Assembly (NCBI GenBank): GCA_964534895.1
Contig: CAZHQB010000002.1
Location: 1-45,946 of the forward strand
Direction: 5' to 3'
Length of the DNA stretch: 45,946 nucleotides
From: an uncultured Micavibrio sp.
Lineage (GTDB): Bacteria > Patescibacteriota > Minisyncoccia > Moranbacterales > GCA-2747515
Part shown: one piece after another, positions 17,614 through 24,580 of the stretch
Numbering within the stretch: the first letter of the stretch is position 1
Layout: each line of letters begins with the position of its first letter
Position numbers and translations under genes: made by a program
The notes under the pieces: model-generated
Seen by the model: the letters and a program-made list of their open reading frames with translations, nothing else
Database searches by the model: none
What the model was told of the DNA's origin: nothing

Positions 17614-18133
17614 GTCGAATTTGGCAGGTATATGTGGTGTAAGTATGTTAATAAACTTGTTTTTAGGGTTTGTGATTTATTTTATGCGTACAAATCAGTC
17701 GTATTTGCAGACAAGTTTGAAGCACGCATATGAGCAATCTCTGTATGCAAAAACTTGTGATATGTTAGGATTACTTCATAAATCTGCAAAAAGAATAACT
17801 CGTACCATAGAAGATGAAGAGTTGCGAGATGAATTTAATCATGGTTTAGGTGGCATTTCTCAGGAAAGAGTTGATTTATCTTCTAACAAAAAAAAGTTGA
17901 TTGAGAGTGGGCAATATATAGCCTTAAAGTATCTACAACTCTTCACAAAAGGCAACACACTGCTGTGTGCTGAATGTCATGAGGAAGTTATCAAGAATTA
18001 TTTTGAGTTCGTCTCTCATTTAAATGAGGACAGTAGTGATGCGGCAGTAATAATTGCTGTCATAGGGGATAAATATGACTTATTGACACAAAAAGAAAAT
18101 GCGTGTCGGGAGGTCGTAAAAAACATAGAATAG
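17606..18133 (+). CDS. Hypothetical protein with N-terminal TM helix
   Basis: 8-nt overlap with the upstream gene and RBS aaaggaggg. It has the same architecture as its neighbour. Confidence 0.5.
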   Translation: MFESNLAGICGVSMLINLFLGFVIYFMRTNQSYLQTSLKHAYEQSLYAKTCDMLGLLHKSAKRITRTIEDEELRDEFNHGLGGISQERVDLSSNKKKLIESGQYIALKYLQLFTKGNTLLCAECHEEVIKNYFEFVSHLNEDSSDAAVIIAVIGDKYDLLTQKENACREVVKNIE

Positions 18134-18146
18134 AGTCAGTAAAAGT

Positions 18147-18176
18147 CTAAGTTAAAAACTAACTTAGGCTTTTTTG
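18147..18176 (+). terminator. Rho-independent terminator
   Basis: 8-bp stem ctaagtta/taacttag with loop aaaac, then gcTTTTTTG. Confidence 0.7.
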
Positions 18177-18215
18177 TTTTGCTTTGCTAGTTTGTGGTGT
18201 TATGAGATATAAAAA

Positions 18216-18243
18216 GTAGTGGACGGACATGTCCGTCCACTAC
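18216..18243. repeat. REP-like palindrome, family B, copy B2
   Basis: gtagtggacggacatgtccgtccactac, identical to B1 and lying between convergent genes. Confidence 0.85.
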
Positions 18244-18249
18244 CAATGA

Positions 18250-19404
18250 TCAATGGAATAAAGATTTTAGTGTTTCTAAATAGTGTGCACTTATTTTATC
18301 CCATGTAAAATGTTGCAGTGTATATTCTTTTGCTTTTTTTGTAAATTTATTTTTATCAAAGTTTGTGCTTGTTATTTCTAATATTTTATTTTTCCACATT
18401 AGTTCATTTTCTGGTTCTAATAAGAAGCCGTTTACACCATCTTTGATGGCATCTTTTAATCCTTGCAAATTTGATGAGAGTACTATGCGATCACATACAA
18501 CAGCCTCTAAAGCGTTGAGTCCAAATCCTTCTGCAGAACCCTTTATCTTTATATTTGGCGATATATAGATATCTGCTGTGTTAAATAGGATGTTCATTTC
18601 TTCTTGTTCTATATTTGGAAATAATATTACTCTGTCTTCAAATGAATGTTTTTTGATATATTTTTTGCATAGTGTATAATTTTCACTGTCACCAACTGTG
18701 CGTGGATTGTAGCCACCAGCACCTACAAGTATAAAGTCATTTGGTAGTATTGGCATAACCCTATCAATAAACCAGTGCAATCCCTTGTGAGGAACAAAGC
18801 GACCAACTCTTAAAATTATTTTTTTATTCTTGTAATAGTCAATATCTTTTTTAGTGGTATTGGAAAGTAATTTTTCTAATTCTTCTCTTGTGTGTTTTTC
18901 ATATACTTTTTTTATATTAACTCCATTTGGTATAAATGTACATTTATTCTTATCAATTCCGAGTCTAATTGCTTCTTCTATTGCATAATTACCAACCATG
19001 ATTAGTTTATCAAAATTTTTGAGGGCTGGGATATTGAGAAATTTATATATTTTGCCCATCGGAGAATTTTTGTATGCAAAAGTTAAATCAAGCGCATGTA
19101 TGACACTGACAAATTTTTGTTTGTGATAAAATAATTTGAAAAATTCTCCAATAGGCGCAAGTGTGCCGTCCCCAAAAAGCACAACTTTGTATTTGTGTAA
19201 GATAAAAGGGAGTTTTATAAATAAGTAGAATACAAAAGGTAAAAAGTTTCTTTTGCCTTTTGTGTTTGCAATTAGTTTGATTGAGGTTATTTTTGATAAA
19301 TATTGGTATAAATTATAATTTTGGTCTTCTATGCCACCTTGTGTTGGTGGGTATGATTTTGAAATAAAAAGTATTTTTAAATCAGACTTATTTTGTTTTG
19401 TCAT
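18250..19404 (-). CDS. Glycosyltransferase family 4
   Basis: 384 aa. N-terminus KILFISKSYPPTQGGIE and a C-terminal EGFGLNALEA motif (E-x7-E type). Confidence 0.8.
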   Translation of the reverse strand: MTKQNKSDLKILFISKSYPPTQGGIEDQNYNLYQYLSKITSIKLIANTKGKRNFLPFVFYLFIKLPFILHKYKVVLFGDGTLAPIGEFFKLFYHKQKFVSVIHALDLTFAYKNSPMGKIYKFLNIPALKNFDKLIMVGNYAIEEAIRLGIDKNKCTFIPNGVNIKKVYEKHTREELEKLLSNTTKKDIDYYKNKKIILRVGRFVPHKGLHWFIDRVMPILPNDFILVGAGGYNPRTVGDSENYTLCKKYIKKHSFEDRVILFPNIEQEEMNILFNTADIYISPNIKIKGSAEGFGLNALEAVVCDRIVLSSNLQGLKDAIKDGVNGFLLEPENELMWKNKILEITSTNFDKNKFTKKAKEYTLQHFTWDKISAHYLETLKSLFH

Positions 19405-20344
19405 ATTTTTGTTTCTTTAGTGAATATAACAAGTCTTCTGTTATTTGACGATTGGTCTTTATCATATCTGCCATAAGTGCAAATACTACAAATTGTAATC
19501 CAACTAAAAAAAGTACGATGGCAACTAATAAATGGTTTCTGTATGGTGTAATTTGTAATTCTGGTAAATATAAGCTTAAAAATATTCCAAATACCACAAA
19601 AGATGCAATGATTAAAATAAGACCCGGAATTCCAAAAAATTTCATAGGTCTAACATCGCGTATTGCTTTTATGATTATTTTTGTACTATTATTTACAAAT
19701 GACCAGATGCTTTTAACTATTCTAGATTTTCTATTTTCAAAATAAGTTACTTTTACAGGAATCCATTTTAATTTTAATTTTTTTCCAATAGCATCAATAA
19801 TTGTTTCTTGGGTATAAGTAAAACCAGTAACTTTATTTAACCTTAGCAAGGCTTCTTTGCTGTGTGCTCGAAAACCACAGGTTAAATCATGTATTTGTAC
19901 GTTTAAAAAACTACCAACTATTTTAGCAGCTATTCTGTTAAGTAAATTTTTTAAAAAGGGAATACCATCAGCTGTGCCTTTATTGAATCTATCTCCAATA
20001 GTAATATCCACTTCATTATCTAGTATAGGTTGAATCATTTCTTGAATTTGTGCAGAATCAAATTGCCCGTCAGCATCTATATTCACCATTATATCAGCTT
20101 GATGATTTATAGCGCTCTCTACTGCTGTATTAAACGTTGCTCCCAATCGTCGATTGGTTGAATGTGAAATTACAATGTCAGCCCCTGCTTTTTTAGCGAT
20201 GCTGGCAGTGTCATCCTGGGAACCGTCATCAATTACTTGAATTAATGTTTCAGATATACCCTCAAATTTTCGAGGCATATTTTGTGTAGTTTGTGCTATT
20301 GCATCAGCTTCGTTATATGCAGGAATGTTGATGATAAGTTTCAT
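19388..20344 (-). CDS. Glycosyltransferase family 2, polyprenyl-phosphate sugar transferase-like (GtrB/DPM1 type)
   Basis: N-terminus IPAYNEADAI, motifs DDGSQDDT and DADGQFD, and two C-terminal TM helices. Confidence 0.85.
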   Translation of the reverse strand: MKLIINIPAYNEADAIAQTTQNMPRKFEGISETLIQVIDDGSQDDTASIAKKAGADIVISHSTNRRLGATFNTAVESAINHQADIMVNIDADGQFDSAQIQEMIQPILDNEVDITIGDRFNKGTADGIPFLKNLLNRIAAKIVGSFLNVQIHDLTCGFRAHSKEALLRLNKVTGFTYTQETIIDAIGKKLKLKWIPVKVTYFENRKSRIVKSIWSFVNNSTKIIIKAIRDVRPMKFFGIPGLILIIASFVVFGIFLSLYLPELQITPYRNHLLVAIVLFLVGLQFVVFALMADMIKTNRQITEDLLYSLKKQKYDKTK

Positions 20345-20377
20345 ATGTTTATTTAATAATTATATTATTTTTTTATT

Positions 20378-21652
20378 TTATCTTCCAATGCCTTTATATA
20401 ATATTTTATTTTTTGTGATGTCATCTTTATTTAAGATGTTTTTCCCATCAATTATAACTTTTATACCGTTTTCTTTTAATAGCATGCCATCAATATTGTC
20501 AAATTCTTTGTGATTTGTTACTAGAATTATTGCATCTGATTTTTTTAGTAGTGTTGCTAATGTTTTTACAGATGATTTCTCTTTGATATGCGGATCAAAT
20601 GAATGGACTTTTGCTCCATGATGTTTTAAGGCTTTTACGATATCATAGTAAGGTGATTCTCTATCATCATCCACATTTGCTTTATATGCAATTCCCAAAA
20701 TACCCACATTTGTACCATTTACTGGCATTTTGACTTCGTTCAATTTATCTTGCAATAATTCAACGGTGTACTCTGGCATGGAGTTGTTGATTGTGCGAGA
20801 TGTACGCAAAAATTTGTGATCAAAACCAGCCCGTTTTGCACGTTCTATCAAATAATAAGGGTCAACAGGTATGCAGTGACCACCGATTCCACAAGAAGGG
20901 TAGTGAGCCATAAATGCAAAAGGTTTTGTACTTGCTCCGTCAATCACATCTTTTACATCTATATTAAGTGCATCAAAAGATTTAGCAAGTTCATTTACAA
21001 ATGCGATGTTTATATCTCGGAAAGAATTTTCTACCACCTTGCAAGCCTCTGCTTCTCGGATATGCTTCATTGGGCGAATTTCTCCATCGATTATTGATTC
21101 ATAAAAATCAACAGATTTTTTTAAACCTTTTTTAGTGAATGCTCCTACAACTCTAGGTATATTAGTTACGTTCCATTTAGGGTCACCTGGATTGATACGT
21201 TCTGGACAATGTGCAATAAATACGTCAGAACCAATTTTGTGTCCATATTCTTCAAAAACTGGGCGTACTATTTCTTCACTAACGCCTGGGTTTACTGTAG
21301 ATTCCAAAACTACTAATGCTCCTTTTTTTAGATTTTTTGCACTCATCTCACATGCACCACGTACAGGCAGTAAGTTTGGTGTATAGAATTCATCTACTGG
21401 AGTAGGCACGCAAATTAGTACAATGTCTGCTTTTTTAATTTGTGTTGTGTCAGAAGTTGCCTTCATAGGAAATTTTGGTAAATTTTCATAAAGATATTCT
21501 TCTTCAATAGGGGAAATTTGTTTGTTGATAAGTTTAACCTTTTTTTCATCAAGTTCAATTCCTATAACATTATAACCACGCTCCTGTGCTCGCACAGCAA
21601 GCGGAAGTCCAACATAACCTAGTCCTATAACAGCCACTGTTTGCTTTTTCAT
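20378..21652 (-). CDS. Nucleotide-sugar dehydrogenase (UDP-glucose/GDP-mannose dehydrogenase family)
   Basis: N-terminal Rossmann motif VAVIGLGYVGLPLA. A conserved catalytic Cys region (CGIGGHCIP). Confidence 0.9.
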   Translation of the reverse strand: MKKQTVAVIGLGYVGLPLAVRAQERGYNVIGIELDEKKVKLINKQISPIEEEYLYENLPKFPMKATSDTTQIKKADIVLICVPTPVDEFYTPNLLPVRGACEMSAKNLKKGALVVLESTVNPGVSEEIVRPVFEEYGHKIGSDVFIAHCPERINPGDPKWNVTNIPRVVGAFTKKGLKKSVDFYESIIDGEIRPMKHIREAEACKVVENSFRDINIAFVNELAKSFDALNIDVKDVIDGASTKPFAFMAHYPSCGIGGHCIPVDPYYLIERAKRAGFDHKFLRTSRTINNSMPEYTVELLQDKLNEVKMPVNGTNVGILGIAYKANVDDDRESPYYDIVKALKHHGAKVHSFDPHIKEKSSVKTLATLLKKSDAIILVTNHKEFDNIDGMLLKENGIKVIIDGKNILNKDDITKNKILYKGIGR

Positions 21653-21802
21653 AATATTTAGTATATTAGTTATTAGTTAGTAGTGTACAAACATTTTAGG
21701 ATTTTTGCAATACAAAATTGATTTGGGTGCTTGCATTAATTATTGTATAATGATAACATCATACAGTTTTGAATAATGTTAATTATTTTAGAGGGAAAAC
21801 TT

Positions 21803-22957
21803 ATGCATATAGGAATAAACGTATCATTTTTAAGAAAGCCTTATACAGGTATAGGACAGGTTACATTACATTTACTCAACGAATTAATAAAACAAGCACA
21901 AAATAATAAATCGATGAAAAATTATAAATTTTTTCTTTATTTTGAGGAGGAGTGTGATATTGATGTGCCAAAGAATTTTCATAAACGAAAGTTTCTTCCA
22001 GGATTTTATAGAAGAGATGATTTGTTTCGCAAATTGCTTTGGGAAAAGTTTTATTTACCCAAAAGGGCCAGGCAAGATAAATGTGATGTATTGTTGAGTC
22101 TGTATCAGTCGGCAACTGTTATAAAATATACTGATATGAAACATATTATGTTGGTGCATGATGTCATACCACATATTTTGGTAGAGTATTTGGATAATTT
22201 TCGTAAAAAAATATATTGGGAGATGGTAGAGAAGGGGATATATAGTTCAAACAAAATTATAACTGTTTCAGAACATACAAAAATTGATTTGGAAAAAAGA
22301 TTAAATATCAAACCAGCAAAAATTATAGTAGACAAAATTGCAGTTGATCCTATTTTTAATCAAGATTTGTCTGATAAAGATATTGATAAAGTACTACAAA
22401 AATATAAATTGGATAGGGGATATATTTACAGTGGTGGAGGTTTAGAATTACGCAAAAATGTAGAAGGGACACTTGGAGCGTATAGATTACTTTTGGATAA
22501 GTGGAGTGACGCTCCTGATTTGGTGATTTCTGGAAAACTAATGCCAGAATTATCTCCTATGATTACAGATGTGGAGAAAATAGTAAAAGAATTAAATATA
22601 AAAGACAGGGTGCATATTTTGGGTTTCGTAGAACAACAGGATTTGCCTGCACTCTACAGAGGCGCAAAGTTGTTTGTATTCCCATCTAATTATGAGGGAT
22701 TTGGTATGCCAGTACTTGAAGCAATGAGTGTGGGAACACCAGTACTTACAGCTCGTAATTCTTCACTTGAAGAAGTGGGCGGTGAAGTGGTGGCTTATGT
22801 AGAGACTGGCGAAAAACAAGAAATTTTTGAAAAAATGTTTGAATTATTAAAAGATGAAAAACAATTACAAAAGATGAGTACTGAGGGCAAAGAGCGAGCT
22901 AAGCACTTTTCATGGGACAAATTTACAACAAATCTTTGTAAAATAATTTGCAAATAA
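21803..22957 (+). CDS. Glycosyltransferase family 4
   Basis: ATG at 21803 is preceded by agaggga. C-terminal motif EGFGMPVLEAMSVGTPV. Confidence 0.85.
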   Translation: MHIGINVSFLRKPYTGIGQVTLHLLNELIKQAQNNKSMKNYKFFLYFEEECDIDVPKNFHKRKFLPGFYRRDDLFRKLLWEKFYLPKRARQDKCDVLLSLYQSATVIKYTDMKHIMLVHDVIPHILVEYLDNFRKKIYWEMVEKGIYSSNKIITVSEHTKIDLEKRLNIKPAKIIVDKIAVDPIFNQDLSDKDIDKVLQKYKLDRGYIYSGGGLELRKNVEGTLGAYRLLLDKWSDAPDLVISGKLMPELSPMITDVEKIVKELNIKDRVHILGFVEQQDLPALYRGAKLFVFPSNYEGFGMPVLEAMSVGTPVLTARNSSLEEVGGEVVAYVETGEKQEIFEKMFELLKDEKQLQKMSTEGKERAKHFSWDKFTTNLCKIICK

Positions 22958-23046
22958 GATGCTATAGCAAAAAGCAGTCCAACCTTCGGATGCTTGAATG
23001 TTTGACTTTTGGGATGTAGAGATTATTTTGTGTATCGAATATTATA

Positions 23047-23080
23047 GCAACCAGGTCGCTAAGTCTAGCGACCTGGTTGC
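23047..23080. repeat. Palindromic repeat, family C, copy C3 (perfect)
   Basis: gcaaccaggtcgctaagtctagcgacctggttgc: a 15-bp stem with a 4-nt loop, followed by tgtttt. Confidence 0.8.
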
Positions 23081-23094
23081 TGTTTTAAGATAAA

Positions 23095-23151
23095 CAAAAA
23101 ACCAGCAGGGACTTCACACAATTACTGTGGTGTGGTATGCTGGTAGTTTTT
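23095..23151 (-). terminator. Intrinsic terminator for the minus-strand small-gene operon (possibly bidirectional)
   Basis: Outer stem accagca/tgctggt encloses the inner pairing cacac/gtgtg. It is flanked by an A-run and a T-run and lies immediately after the stop at 23152. Confidence 0.55.
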
Positions 23152-23529
23152 TTAGCAAATTATTTTATTATCGGGAGCTATGGCTAATGACAACGAAAGC
23201 TTACTCCCGACATCTCCTGTTGCCGACGCCATTACCTTCACATTACAGCGAAAAACTTGCCACCCATAAGCTTGAAGCAATCTTTCGATTTTTTCACCTA
23301 CGGCGCCCATGTGAATTCGCAGTTCGTCTGCCTTACCATTGTATGGTACTGCGGACAGTTCCACTTTTTGCTTCGCGCTTTTTTTTAGTAATTGAATATC
23401 AATTACAGACGGCAATTTTTTTAGAAGTTCTCTTATCAGCTTTGCCGTTATTGGCTCAATCTTAGATTCAATTGCAGCCTCCAAAAGTTCTTGAGGCGTT
23501 ATGAATTCCAAGTGTTTTTTTGTTTTCAT
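23152..23529 (-). CDS. Hypothetical protein (125 aa)
   Basis: RBS aaaggag lies 7 nt before the ATG at 23529 (MKTKKHLEF). The region is visibly more GC-rich than its surroundings. No recognisable motif. Confidence 0.5.
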   Translation of the reverse strand: MKTKKHLEFITPQELLEAAIESKIEPITAKLIRELLKKLPSVIDIQLLKKSAKQKVELSAVPYNGKADELRIHMGAVGEKIERLLQAYGWQVFRCNVKVMASATGDVGSKLSLSLAIAPDNKIIC

Positions 23530-23551
23530 GACAAATCTCCTTTTGTCCAAA

Positions 23552-23818
23552 TTATTGTATAGACTTTTCCATATTTTCTGTTGTTAACAGTTGGAAGTAT
23601 TTTTTGAGCACTTCAAGATTAAAGTCTAATTCTTCTTCACTCTTGATGCTTTGTGGAATTGAGATTATTCCAAGTGAATATGGAATGTGATCCAAAATTT
23701 CCTCAAATGCATGTCCAATCATAGGTGATTGGATTTCATTAAACCTATTATTCCTCTCTTGTAGAGTTGTGATAAATGCTAAACATAAAATCGAATTTAC
23801 ATTTTTTTCCTGTTCCAT
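23552..23818 (-). CDS. Hypothetical protein (88 aa)
   Basis: RBS gggaga upstream of the ATG. Acidic protein with no recognisable motif. Confidence 0.5.
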   Translation of the reverse strand: MEQEKNVNSILCLAFITTLQERNNRFNEIQSPMIGHAFEEILDHIPYSLGIISIPQSIKSEEELDFNLEVLKKYFQLLTTENMEKSIQ

Positions 23819-23864
23819 TTTTTTGTCTCCCGCTTCGTGATGAATTTTCTTTTACTAAATTAAG

Positions 23865-24035
23865 TCAAAAAAATCCATCAGGTTTAATAAATCCGAGACC
23901 ACGCAAAAAGCCTTCAATAAATCTACGACTTTTGTTTGGCCCAGCAACTACACTTATGCTAAGCATAATTATTCCAGTTAATATAAATACTATACTGGCT
24001 ATTATTGCTTGCAAATATTCTTTTAAGATAATCAT
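23865..24035 (-). CDS. Hypothetical small membrane protein (56 aa, not in the ORF track)
   Basis: Hand translation: MIILKEYLQAIIASIVFILTGIIMLSISVVAGPNKSRRFIEGFLRGLGFIKPDGFF. RBS gggagg. The start overlaps the upstream stop (ATGA). Confidence 0.4.
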   Translation of the reverse strand: MIILKEYLQAIIASIVFILTGIIMLSISVVAGPNKSRRFIEGFLRGLGFIKPDGFF

Positions 24036-24235
24036 TTTTCCTCCCGAAATTCTTCTTCAGACATTTGTCCTAAATAGGACAAATGCAATATTATCATATC
24101 ATCTTTTGTGTAATGGTCGATGGTTGATTTTTTTACATTTTTGGTGGTCGTTGCGAATACATCTGTTTTCTCATAAGAACCAAAGCAATCGCTTCCCCGA
24201 ACAGTAATTAACCACCAATGTAACTTTATTCCTCC
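24032..24235 (-). pseudogene. Paralogue of the 24226-24483 gene with no canonical start codon (frame-broken tandem duplicate)
   Basis: Open frame of 67 codons: GGIKLHWWLITVRGSDCFGSYEKTDVFATTTKNVKKSTIDHYTKDDMIILHLSYLGQMSEEEFREEK. It aligns with KLYWWMITI...ISHLGEMSKKEFCEEE of the upstream gene and lies in the -1 frame relative to it. Confidence 0.35.
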
Positions 24236-24483
24236 TCACAAAATTCTTTTTTGCTCATTTCACCTAAATGTGAAATACTCAATAATGCACTAGTCGAATC
24301 CAAATCTCTCATAGCTTTAAGTATTTCTTTTTTTGTGATATTTGGTTTGTTGGTTGATACAAATTCATTTACCACACGAATTTGTACTCCCAAAGACGAT
24401 GATTTACAAATAATTGTGATCATCCACCAATATAGTTTTTCTTCCGGTGGATGTGGTTTGGGTGTTCTTGGTATAATTGGCAT
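24226..24483 (-). CDS. Hypothetical protein (85 aa), first gene of the small-gene operon
   Basis: RBS aggagg lies 5 nt before the ATG. No recognisable motif. Confidence 0.5.
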   Translation of the reverse strand: MPIIPRTPKPHPPEEKLYWWMITIICKSSSLGVQIRVVNEFVSTNKPNITKKEILKAMRDLDSTSALLSISHLGEMSKKEFCEEE

Positions 24484-24580
24484 CTTTTCCTCCTATATTA
24501 ATTGTTTTTGTGATATACTAATGTTAAAGAGCCGTTAAATAACTGATAGTTAAATATAGGATAATTTTATATTTTTGTCA

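Noticed and set aside
23127-24207. Plus-strand ORFs 23127-23465 (112 aa) and 23776-24207 (143 aa).
   Set aside because: Their composition looks non-protein-like, they have no RBS, and they overlap minus-strand genes. Those minus-strand genes each have an SD sequence, coupled stops and starts, and a terminator.
24226-24240. UGA-as-glycine recoding (genetic code 25, as in some CPR lineages) or classical -1 programmed frameshifting as an explanation for the start-less paralogue.
   Set aside because: Long housekeeping ORFs (ftsZ, hisS, ftsA and others) are intact under the standard code, and TGA is used as a terminator elsewhere (for example at 13956 and 24032). No X_XXY_YYZ slippery heptamer lies in the correct phase after the in-frame TGA. 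An indel or pseudogene explanation is simpler.
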